A stretch of 64,000 bases of DNA. It comes from Patescibacteria group bacterium. GTDB taxonomy: Bacteria > Patescibacteriota > Minisyncoccia > UBA6257 > UBA9933. The position numbers and the translations under genes are program-made. Of this stretch, positions 9,233 through 17,610 are shown in pieces (the first letter of the stretch is position 1; each line of letters opens with the position of its first letter). Where the stretch lies: positions 27,769-91,768 of the forward strand of contig JBBTWF010000001.1 in the NCBI GenBank assembly GCA_038062875.1, read 5' to 3'. The notes beneath the pieces are model-generated. The model had not been told where the DNA came from. It searched no databases and saw only the letters and a program-made list of their open reading frames with translations.

Positions 9233-9981
9233 AATCCATCAAGGAGATTGAAGTAGTCGCCGCTTCCGGCAGAATTTTGGCGAAAGTTTTTAATGGAGTT
9301 TTGAAACAAGTTAAAATCGGAGCGAGATTGGAGGACTTGGATAGATTGGCTAGACGGCTTATTGAGGAATATGGTGGTCAGCCGGCGTTTTTGGGCTATC
9401 AGCCGGACGGAGCAAGCGTTCCTTATCCTGCAACGATTTGCGCTTCGGTTAATGACACTGTTGTCCACGGCCTTCCTTTAAACTACATATTAAAATCAGG
9501 AGATGTTCTAAAGCTTGATTTTGGAGTTAAATATAAAGGAATGTATTCTGATTCGGCTAAGACAATAATAATCGGGGATGTTTCTAAGACAGCAAAACAA
9601 TTAGTTAGGACAACCGAAAAAGCCCTTGAAGAAGCGATAAAACAAGCTATATCAGGCAATCATCTCGGTGATATAGGATGGACAATCAGCAGGTGCGTTA
9701 AAAAAGCAGGGTTTAACGTTGCAGAAGGACTTACCGGCCACGGCATTGGTTTTGAACTTCACGAAGAGCCGACTATTTATAATTTTGGTAAAAAGGCAAG
9801 CGGTATAGAATTAAAATCAGGAATGGTCTTGGCAATTGAACCTATGGTTTGTGTTGGCAACGGGAAAATAATAAAAAGAAAGGATAATAGTTATGCCACC
9901 GCTGATGGTTCTTTGTCAGCGCATTTTGAACATACGGTGGTGATTACCGAGCTTGGAAATAGAATTTTAACTGTGCTATAA
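9220..9981 (+). CDS. map: Methionine aminopeptidase type I
   Basis: 253 aa, pita-bread fold motifs (VVHGLP, metal ligands D/D/H/E/E); gene order secY-adk-map. Confidence 0.9.
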   Translation: MVIIKSIKEIEVVAASGRILAKVFNGVLKQVKIGARLEDLDRLARRLIEEYGGQPAFLGYQPDGASVPYPATICASVNDTVVHGLPLNYILKSGDVLKLDFGVKYKGMYSDSAKTIIIGDVSKTAKQLVRTTEKALEEAIKQAISGNHLGDIGWTISRCVKKAGFNVAEGLTGHGIGFELHEEPTIYNFGKKASGIELKSGMVLAIEPMVCVGNGKIIKRKDNSYATADGSLSAHFEHTVVITELGNRILTVL

Positions 9982-10004
9982 TAAAGTTCAAATATTAAAT
10001 TAAT

Positions 10005-10730
10005 ATGAAACCATATCTTTCCGTAATTATTCCGGCATACAACGAGGCAAAAAGTTTGCCCTTAACTCTGATTGATATTGATAAGCATCTTTCCGGAGCC
10101 GGTTATTCATATGAAATAGTGGTTGTTAACGATGGTTCAAAAGACGCGACGCCAGAAATTGTAAAAAGATTTTCTCATTTAATAAAAAATCTACGATTGA
10201 TTGATAATCAAGAAAATCACGGCAAGGGTTGGGTGGTGCGTCAGGGAATGCTTGAATCAAAAGGCGACATTCGTTTATTAATGGACGCTGACAATGCCAC
10301 TTCCGTTGACCAATTCAGCAAGATGATTCCGCATCTAAAAGAGGGTTATCAAGTGGTTATCGGCTCGCGCGATATTGAAGGCGCGAAATTAATTCCGCCT
10401 CAACCTTGGTATAAAAGACAGCTTGGCAATATCGGCAATCTTTTTATTCAGATTTTACTTTTACCTGGAATTTGGGATACTCAATGCGGTTTTAAGGCAT
10501 TCACAAAAGAAGCGGCAGAGAAAATTTTTTCTTTAACTAAAATTGACCGTTGGGGTTTTGACCCAGAAGCGCTGGCGCTTGCAAAAAAATTCGGCTATAA
10601 AATTAAAGAAATTCCGGTTACTTGGGTTAATAATCCGATTTCCCGAGTTAAAATCACTACTTATATTCAAGTGCTTTTGGAAGTTGTGAAGATAAAGTGG
10701 TGGATAATAACAGGGAAATATAAAATTTAA
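10005..10730 (+). CDS. Family-2 glycosyltransferase (polyprenyl-phosphate sugar synthase-like, DPM1/GtrB type)
   Basis: LSVIIPAYNEA...VVVNDGSKD...DAD motifs. Confidence 0.7.
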   Translation: MKPYLSVIIPAYNEAKSLPLTLIDIDKHLSGAGYSYEIVVVNDGSKDATPEIVKRFSHLIKNLRLIDNQENHGKGWVVRQGMLESKGDIRLLMDADNATSVDQFSKMIPHLKEGYQVVIGSRDIEGAKLIPPQPWYKRQLGNIGNLFIQILLLPGIWDTQCGFKAFTKEAAEKIFSLTKIDRWGFDPEALALAKKFGYKIKEIPVTWVNNPISRVKITTYIQVLLEVVKIKWWIITGKYKI

Positions 10731-10732
10731 AT

Positions 10733-11188
10733 ATGCAATATCATCTTACCAAAGAACGTCTTAGTGAATTGAAGAGCGAATTGGAACGTTTAAAAAAAGA
10801 AGGCCGTCAGGAAATCGCCGAACGGTTGAAGCGCGCCAAAGAACTCGGCGACCTTTCTGAGAATTCGGAATATTCCGACGCTAAAGACGCTCAAGCCAAG
10901 CTTGAGGGCCGGATTTTTGAATTGGATAATATATTAAGGAACGCGTCAATAATTAAAAAGGGAATCGGCAGTGAGGTTGTTCATATCGGTTCAACAATCG
11001 AGGTTGAAAAAGACGGCAAGCGTTTCATATATACGATTGTTGGTTCTCAAGAAGCCAAACCTGAAGCTAATCTGCTTTCCAACGAATCGCCGCTTGGCAA
11101 AGCGTTTTTGAACAAAAAAGTCGGAGATGTTGTTGAAGTTCAAATACCGCGCGGCGCGGCAAAATATAAAATAATAAAGGTGGAATAA
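10733..11188 (+). CDS. greA: Transcription elongation factor GreA
   Basis: 151 aa; N-terminal coiled coil plus a C-terminal FKBP-like domain (GSTIEVEKDGKRFIYTIVGSQEA). Confidence 0.85.
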   Translation: MQYHLTKERLSELKSELERLKKEGRQEIAERLKRAKELGDLSENSEYSDAKDAQAKLEGRIFELDNILRNASIIKKGIGSEVVHIGSTIEVEKDGKRFIYTIVGSQEAKPEANLLSNESPLGKAFLNKKVGDVVEVQIPRGAAKYKIIKVE

Positions 11189-11190
11189 GT

Positions 11191-12525
11191 ATGATAGAGG
11201 ATATCATTAAAGAAAGACGCCGAAAACTCAAAAATCTTATTGAAAACGGCGTTAATCCTTATCCGTCAAAAATTAGGAGGACGATTTCAATTGTCGAGGA
11301 ATTGAAGGAATTTAATAAATTATCGGCCGCTCGAAAATCGGTTTTTATTGTCGGCAGGATAATGGCTTTGCGTGACCAGGGGAATCTGATTTTTATTGAC
11401 GTAAAAGACGAATCGGGGAAAATTCAAGCGGTTTTCAAAAAGGAAAACGTTAAGAATTTTAAAATCTTAAAACAAAATTTAGACATAGGCGATTTTCTGG
11501 AAATCGGCGGACCGCTTTTTAAGACAAAAAAGGGAGAAAAAAGCGTTGAAGTGAAAAAAGCGGAGATTCTCGCTAAAAGTTTAAGGCCATTACCGAATCA
11601 GTGGTATGGCTTAAAGGACGTTGAAGAGCGGTATCGCAAGCGATATTTAGATATCATTTTAAATTCGGAAATAAAGGAAAATATCCAAAAACGTTCAAAA
11701 ATTATCCAAGATATAAGGGCTGATTTATCAAAAGTCGGTTTTTTGGAAATAGAAACGCCAATACTTCAGGAATTGCCAGGCGGCGCTTTGGCTCGGCCGT
11801 TTATCACTCATCATAACGCCTTAGACGCGGATTTTTATTTAAGAATTGCTCCGGAACTTTATTTAAAAAGATTACTGGTTGCAGGTTTTGAAAAGATTTT
11901 TGAAATTGGAAGAGTTTTTAGAAACGAAGGAATTGATCGCGACCATAATCCGGAGTTTACGATGTTGGAACTTTATTGGGCTTATCAGAACTGGGAGGGT
12001 TTGATGAAATTCACCGAAAAATTGCTTAAAAAATTTATTCCAAATAAATGGGAGAAAATTACTTATGAACAGGCCATAAAAAAATACGCCAATCGCGATT
12101 TAAAGAAATTAAAACCAGAAGAAATTGACGAAATTTTTAAAAAAGAAGCGCGGCCTAAAATCATAAAGCCGACTTTTATTACTCATTATCCGAAATCAAT
12201 TTCGCCGTTGGCAAAATCTTGCGAGGATAATCCGAATATGACCGAAAGATTTCAATTGATAGTTGACGGAATGGAAATCGTTAACGGTTTTTCCGAATTA
12301 AACGACCCTATAGATCAGCGCGAGCGAATGGAGGAGCAAGAAAAGAAATATCGTAAAGGGGACGAAGAGTCGACTCGTTTTGACGAGGACTTTTTGGAGG
12401 CAATAGAATATGGAATGCCGCCGGCAGCTGGTTTGGGAATCGGTATAGACCGGCTTGTAGCGCTTATAACAAAAAGTCATAATATTAAAGAAGTGATTAT
12501 ATTTCCGACATTGCGTCCTAAATAA
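11191..12525 (+). CDS. lysS: Lysyl-tRNA synthetase, class II
   Basis: N-terminal OB anticodon-binding domain plus class II motifs 1-3 (FLEIETPILQ, FRNEGIDRDHNPEFTMLE, GLGIGIDRLV). Confidence 0.85.
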   Translation: MIEDIIKERRRKLKNLIENGVNPYPSKIRRTISIVEELKEFNKLSAARKSVFIVGRIMALRDQGNLIFIDVKDESGKIQAVFKKENVKNFKILKQNLDIGDFLEIGGPLFKTKKGEKSVEVKKAEILAKSLRPLPNQWYGLKDVEERYRKRYLDIILNSEIKENIQKRSKIIQDIRADLSKVGFLEIETPILQELPGGALARPFITHHNALDADFYLRIAPELYLKRLLVAGFEKIFEIGRVFRNEGIDRDHNPEFTMLELYWAYQNWEGLMKFTEKLLKKFIPNKWEKITYEQAIKKYANRDLKKLKPEEIDEIFKKEARPKIIKPTFITHYPKSISPLAKSCEDNPNMTERFQLIVDGMEIVNGFSELNDPIDQRERMEEQEKKYRKGDEESTRFDEDFLEAIEYGMPPAAGLGIGIDRLVALITKSHNIKEVIIFPTLRPK

Positions 12526-12526
12526 C

Positions 12527-13783
12527 ATGTTAGACATCAATTTAATCCGTAGCAATCCAGAATTAGTCAAAAAAGGCGTTTCCGCCAAAAATATAAACCC
12601 TCAATTAGTGGACGAGTTTTTGGTCTTAGACAAAGAATGGAGGGAATTGACCGCCAAATTGGATAATTTGCGGGCAGAGCAGAATAAACTAAGCAGTGAA
12701 AGAAAAATTGACGAGGCAAAAGAAAATAAAATAAAAATTAAAGGGATAGAAGATAAATTAAATGAAACAGAAAAACGGCGCGAGGAAATTTTAATGAGTT
12801 TGCCGAATTTGCCGTTTGATGATGTGCCAGTTGGCAAAGACGAAAGTGGTAATGTAGTAATTCGCGAGGTTAATAAAAAACCCGATTTTGATTTTCAGCC
12901 AAAAAACTATTTAGAACTCGCCGAGAAGCTGGGCTTGATTGATATAGAGCGAGCATCTAAAGTTTCCGGCAGTCGGTTCGGTTATCTAAAAAATCAAGCC
13001 GCGCTTTTTGAATTCGCTTTGATAAAATTGGCGATGGATACGGCGGTTGCCGAAGGATTTACGCCGATTGTTCCGCCGGTAATGGTCAAAAGCAAAATGA
13101 TGAAAGCAATGGGATATATTGACCGCCGTGAAGATCAAGACGAAACATATTTTTTAAAAGAAGACGATTTATATTTAGTCGGGACATCCGAACAGTCAAT
13201 CGGCCCGATGCATAGCGATGAAATTTTTAACGAAAAAGAATTACCAAAAAGATATGTCGGATTTTCAACGTGCTTTCGGCGAGAAGCCGGTTCTTACGGA
13301 AAAGATACAAAAGGTATTTTAAGAGTTCATCAATTTGATAAAATCGAGATGTTTAGTTTTTGTGAGCCGGAAAAATCAAAAGAAGAGCACGGGTTGTTAT
13401 TGGGAATAGAAGAAAAATTAATGCAGGCGCTTGGATTGCCATATCGGGTTTTAAGTATTTGTACGGGCGATTTAGGGGGACCGGCAGCGGCAAAATACGA
13501 CATTGAAGTTTGGTTGCCGGGTGAAAATCGCTACCGCGAAACCCATTCCACTTCCAATTGCACCGACTTTCAGGCGCGCCGGTTGAATATAAAATATAAA
13601 CCTAAAACCCAAAACCTAAAACCTAAAACCGATTATGTTCATACTTTGAACGGCACCGCTTTCGCTATCGGCAGAACACTCATCGCTATTATTGAAAACT
13701 TTCAGCAAAAAGACGGCACAATTTTAGTGCCGGAAGTTTTACAAAAATATTTGGGATTTGAGAAAATTGGGCTGTCCAGTTGA
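12527..13783 (+). CDS. serS: Seryl-tRNA synthetase carrying an in-frame heptamer-repeat insertion (KPKTQNLKPKT)
   Basis: N-terminal coiled coil plus class II core (FRREAGSYGKDTKGILRVHQFDKIEMF); the insertion at 13601-13630 is (CCTAAAAC)-type repeats. Confidence 0.9.
   Translation: MLDINLIRSNPELVKKGVSAKNINPQLVDEFLVLDKEWRELTAKLDNLRAEQNKLSSERKIDEAKENKIKIKGIEDKLNETEKRREEILMSLPNLPFDDVPVGKDESGNVVIREVNKKPDFDFQPKNYLELAEKLGLIDIERASKVSGSRFGYLKNQAALFEFALIKLAMDTAVAEGFTPIVPPVMVKSKMMKAMGYIDRREDQDETYFLKEDDLYLVGTSEQSIGPMHSDEIFNEKELPKRYVGFSTCFRREAGSYGKDTKGILRVHQFDKIEMFSFCEPEKSKEEHGLLLGIEEKLMQALGLPYRVLSICTGDLGGPAAAKYDIEVWLPGENRYRETHSTSNCTDFQARRLNIKYKPKTQNLKPKTDYVHTLNGTAFAIGRTLIAIIENFQQKDGTILVPEVLQKYLGFEKIGLSS
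13601..13630. repeat. In-frame tandem repeat cctaaaacccaaaacctaaaacctaaaacc inside serS
   Basis: Same 7-8-mer repeat unit as the intergenic elements; it encodes a KPKTQNLKPKT loop. Confidence 0.85.
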
Positions 13784-13791
13784 CTGGACAG
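13772..13791. terminator. Perfect 20-bp palindrome CTGTCCAGTTGACTGGACAG spanning the serS stop codon, between convergent genes; likely a bidirectional terminator or protein-binding site
   Basis: Palindrome read directly; it shares the core CAGTTGACTG with the palindromes at 20143 and 22014. Confidence 0.5.
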
Positions 13792-13807
13792 GGAAGATTT
13801 ATAATAT

Positions 13808-14320
13808 TTAAAACTCTGTGGCGTTATCATAAGTAGTAGCGTTTTTGTTTATATAATTTTTTCCAAAACAATTCCAAGGCAATTTTATGTTAAAATCGGG
13901 AAAATGATTTAATATCCATTGAACGTAGGTGTTGCTATTGGGACCCCAAAGTAGATATTTGTCGCGATAAGGATAACTGTTTTTAGATTTTTCTATAAAA
14001 TTGAAAATATTTTTTGCTGCTGAATTTTCATTACCTTCAATATAGTTTAGTAATTTTGCGTTCCACAAAAATTTTGATATATAAGGAATTATTTCAATGC
14101 CCGAAAATGAGGGTAAAGAGTTTACGTGCAGATGTTTACCTATATTAGGATTACGATTATTTTTTTCAAAACGAACTTCCCACCTTGAAATCTCGCCATT
14201 TCTAACACAAACAAACCAAGAATGTATTGCAAAATTACACGGTATCGATGCTGGACAAATAAATAAAAAAACCTGATAGCCATTTGGTTTAACTAATTTT
14301 TGAAAATTCTTTGCCTCCAT
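13808..14320 (-). CDS. Hypothetical protein, DUF3750-like (GPNSNTY motif)
   Basis: 170-aa ORF; the WGPNSNTYVQWILNHFPDF block resembles the DUF3750 signature as recalled from memory, so the assignment is uncertain. Confidence 0.4.
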   Translation of the reverse strand: MEAKNFQKLVKPNGYQVFLFICPASIPCNFAIHSWFVCVRNGEISRWEVRFEKNNRNPNIGKHLHVNSLPSFSGIEIIPYISKFLWNAKLLNYIEGNENSAAKNIFNFIEKSKNSYPYRDKYLLWGPNSNTYVQWILNHFPDFNIKLPWNCFGKNYINKNATTYDNATEF

Positions 14321-14432
14321 AAAAATTAAACGGAGCGATCGATTTTACACAACTAATTATTATGCGAAATCGTGATTTCGGCTTTTGTTTATGCTATAAT
14401 TTTAGATATTAATTATAGAAAAGGCAAATAGT

Positions 14433-15242
14433 ATGATAAAAGACGGCATATATTTTGACGAAAAATTGGAGCGGAGGAGAAAGCGGATGTTAAAAATCAA
14501 AATTTACGGCGGGTTAACGATTTTTTTTCTTTTAATAATAGGCGCCGGGTATTTAGTTGTTTATTCTTCGGTTTTTCAAATAACGCGGATTGATGTTGAT
14601 ATTAACGCGGATTTACGCGGGTTTGAAACGCAAATAATTGAGGACTTAAAAATTCTCTTTACCAATCAGTCAAAAATATCTTCATTTCTTGGACCGGATA
14701 ATATTTTAATTTGGGAAAGCGGAGACGATATTGAGCAATTCAAAAAAAATAATCCATTAATTGCCTATTTGGTTATTAGTAAAGATTACATTGAGCGTAA
14801 AATTAAAATAGAAGTAAAAGGGAGGGAGAAATACGGCGTTTGGTGTAAATCAGCAATCAACTATTGTTGGTGGTTTGATAAAAGCGGTATTATTTTCGCC
14901 GAAGCGCCAATGGTTGAAGGCGCTTTGATAAATAAAGTGAATGATTCCACGGGTCGCGATTTAAAAATCGGCGACACGATTATTGAACAGAGATTTTTGG
15001 ATAATTTATTGAAAATTTTCGCGGTTTTGGAAGAAACGAATTTAGGAAAAGGTTTTTTGAATTTGGAAAATTTGAGTTTGCAAGAAATTATTTTTAATTC
15101 TCCTCTTGGCTTTAAAATATATTTTAGCTTAAGATTTGACCCGCGATTCAGCTTAGCCGGCATTAAGTCCATCAAAGAAATCGGTTTGGAAAAGATGGAT
15201 TATATTGATTTTAGAGTGGAGAATAGGGTTTATTATAAATGA
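14433..15242 (+). CDS. Cell-division FtsQ/DivIB-like protein (single TM plus POTRA-like domain)
   Basis: N-terminal basic segment, one TM helix, then a beta-rich extracytoplasmic domain; weak family-level call. Confidence 0.4.
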   Translation: MIKDGIYFDEKLERRRKRMLKIKIYGGLTIFFLLIIGAGYLVVYSSVFQITRIDVDINADLRGFETQIIEDLKILFTNQSKISSFLGPDNILIWESGDDIEQFKKNNPLIAYLVISKDYIERKIKIEVKGREKYGVWCKSAINYCWWFDKSGIIFAEAPMVEGALINKVNDSTGRDLKIGDTIIEQRFLDNLLKIFAVLEETNLGKGFLNLENLSLQEIIFNSPLGFKIYFSLRFDPRFSLAGIKSIKEIGLEKMDYIDFRVENRVYYK

Positions 15243-17137
15243 TAAATAAATATAGACGTTCCAGCTTTTGCGTCCGGTTTATACGGGTCTTTCAGCGCTT
15301 TCAGCCATCGATATTCGTCTTCGGGATTTCGTAATTGTCCTTGATGAAGTTTACCTATGGCGCCTTGTAAATTATTAATAGAAATCGCTATCCAGTTGAT
15401 TCCTTCTTCTTTAGGGTTGCCTTTTGACGATTGCCAATATTCAACCTTATTTTCTCCTAAGTAATACTTTGAATTTCCGCCGCCGAAATAATCGATCGCG
15501 ATTTTGTCGTTATTAGAAAGATTTTTTTCAACGAATATTTTCAGTCGTTTCAAGTCCTGTCCCCAGTCATAATTTGAATCAACTACATATTTATAGCCGC
15601 TCTCAACTCCGCCGCCGAATTGATTAAAGTAAGAAAGATAATGAGGAGTTGCAAATAAAACTTCCGTTAAGTACCAGATTATTAAAACAGCGATAACAAC
15701 ACCTTTAAAAGAAGTTTTTATAAGATTAAAGATGGTTTTGGCGATTCGTTTCCATAATCTTTCATCATTAATCATTTTTCTGATTGTCCATTTTTTTAGG
15801 GCGCTGGCGGTCAGAATATAAATAAAAGGCATAGTAGGCAGAATATGGCGAATGCCGATATTTAACGGGCTTTTAATGCTGTAGAGCCAGTAGAAAATCA
15901 CAAAAGAAATCATTGAAAATTCGGCGAAATGGGTGCCAATGTAGTCGCTGAAAGTTTTTAGTTTATAGGTTTTAGGTTTTAGGTTTTTAATAATACTCCA
16001 AAGACCCAACAAAAATGCTAATCCGATTAAAATCATTGAAGGAATCGGTTCTTTTAAAATAAAAACCATCGGGAAATAATACCACCAGCCACTGGCCGAG
16101 ACCTCACCCAAGAAATAAGCGGTGTTGCCTCCGGACGAACGTTGCATAACCATTAAAACGCCGAGCATATATTCGGCTAACGGCCGAGTAAGTCGGTTTT
16201 CAGACATAATAATATTAATATCAGCTAAACATCGCAGTTTGTTGTGATTCAAGTCGCATATTTTATTGCTTGGAGCCGGACCGTCGGCAAAAGAAGTTAG
16301 GATTGTTTTAGTGTCGGAAACCTGTTTTTCAACTGGATAGTTAAAAGTGAATAGAAAATAAACCGCGTAGACCAAAGCGTAACCGATTATAAAAATAGAA
16401 ATTAATTGACCTGCGCATTTAAGAAAGTGGAGCAAAATTTTTCTCCATTCAAGATTGATTTTCCAAATTAAGAAAATGATTATTAGAAAAATAAAGAACG
16501 GGATTAAAAGAACGGCGGAAAATTTTATCAATTGGGCGATACCGAAAGCCAAACCAGCCCAAATTAGATGTTTTCGCGACGGAGAAAAAAGAAATTTAAC
16601 GAAATAATAAATAGCCAGAAATATTCCCAAAGCCGCGCCGATATCTGTGGTCACATAATGGCCGTGCGCTAAAACAGCGGGGGAAAATGAAAAGAGAAAA
16701 GTCGGCAATAATGCCCACCAGCGGCCGATTAATTCCCGCGCCCAGATATAAATAAAAATAACCAAGAGCAGAGTTAAAAGCATTGGGCCAAGTCGCGCCC
16801 AACCAACTATTTTATCAGCGTCATTTCCGGATTCATAAAGGAATTGGGCGCCGGCTACCCATTGGCCGTTAACATCGGTTCGCCAAGACGATTTATCAGT
16901 TGGGAAATTTAGGTTTTGAAATAATAAGGGTAAAGCGGACAGGGCTTTAACTAAGGGCGGATGTTCGGGATTAAGTCGATAATCAAGATAGCGGGCATAG
17001 CCGTAGCCAGATGGAATATGCGCCAATTCATCCATAGTGGCTGATTCTTTAAGAGAGGCGTTGAGCATCAAACCAAAACAGGACAGAACCATCAGCGCTA
17101 CCAAGCCCCATTGAATCCAGGAAAGTGTCTTAGTCAT
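15233..17137 (-). CDS. Polyprenol-phosphate-dependent glycosyltransferase of the GT39/GT83 (PMT/ArnT) family, multi-pass membrane, with an in-frame repeat insertion
   Basis: N-terminal DELAH...YxxxP motif (MDELAHIPSGYGYARYLDYRLNPEHPPLVKAL), more than 10 TM segments; 15965-15988 on the minus strand is the heptamer repeat (NLKPKTYKLKT). Confidence 0.7.
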   Translation of the reverse strand: MTKTLSWIQWGLVALMVLSCFGLMLNASLKESATMDELAHIPSGYGYARYLDYRLNPEHPPLVKALSALPLLFQNLNFPTDKSSWRTDVNGQWVAGAQFLYESGNDADKIVGWARLGPMLLTLLLVIFIYIWARELIGRWWALLPTFLFSFSPAVLAHGHYVTTDIGAALGIFLAIYYFVKFLFSPSRKHLIWAGLAFGIAQLIKFSAVLLIPFFIFLIIIFLIWKINLEWRKILLHFLKCAGQLISIFIIGYALVYAVYFLFTFNYPVEKQVSDTKTILTSFADGPAPSNKICDLNHNKLRCLADINIIMSENRLTRPLAEYMLGVLMVMQRSSGGNTAYFLGEVSASGWWYYFPMVFILKEPIPSMILIGLAFLLGLWSIIKNLKPKTYKLKTFSDYIGTHFAEFSMISFVIFYWLYSIKSPLNIGIRHILPTMPFIYILTASALKKWTIRKMINDERLWKRIAKTIFNLIKTSFKGVVIAVLIIWYLTEVLFATPHYLSYFNQFGGGVESGYKYVVDSNYDWGQDLKRLKIFVEKNLSNNDKIAIDYFGGGNSKYYLGENKVEYWQSSKGNPKEEGINWIAISINNLQGAIGKLHQGQLRNPEDEYRWLKALKDPYKPDAKAGTSIFIYHL

Positions 17138-17172
17138 TGAATATTATTATATCATAATTTATAATTAAAGTA

Positions 17173-17583
17173 ATGTGGAAATCTAATAAATTTAAAAAAC
17201 AATCTGGGCAGGTGATGCTTCTGACAATAGTGGTTTTAAGCGGAACGCTTATGACAGTTTCAGGAGTTGTTGGGTTTTTAATGCTTCATAAAATAAGGCA
17301 GTCAACGGATATTGTTAATTCCGCTAAGGCGATTTTTGCCGCTGACAGTGGAATTGAATGGGAGCTTTACAGGTGTTTTAAATGCAAATCAGTTGAAATT
17401 TGCGATTTTTCTTGCGCGTCTCCTTACGACAATCCGCCTCCAATGACAAATAGTTCCAATTTTACCGCTATCATCACCGATATTGACACTGATGGAAAAC
17501 CGGATTTTATAAAATCAATCGGCAAAGCCGGAAACACTGCTAGGGCCTTTCTAATGATGCTCCAAGGCGCAACCGGACCCTAA
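17173..17583 (+). CDS. PilX-like pilus-assembly protein N-terminal domain protein
   Basis: KKQSGQVMLLTIVVLSG...NSAKAIFAADSGIEWELYR resembles the PilX N-terminal pattern (Q.G..L...L ... A..AAE.G.E). Confidence 0.35.
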   Translation: MWKSNKFKKQSGQVMLLTIVVLSGTLMTVSGVVGFLMLHKIRQSTDIVNSAKAIFAADSGIEWELYRCFKCKSVEICDFSCASPYDNPPPMTNSSNFTAIITDIDTDGKPDFIKSIGKAGNTARAFLMMLQGATGP

Positions 17584-17610
17584 ATTTTTGCTTAATAAAA
17601 ATTTAATAAG

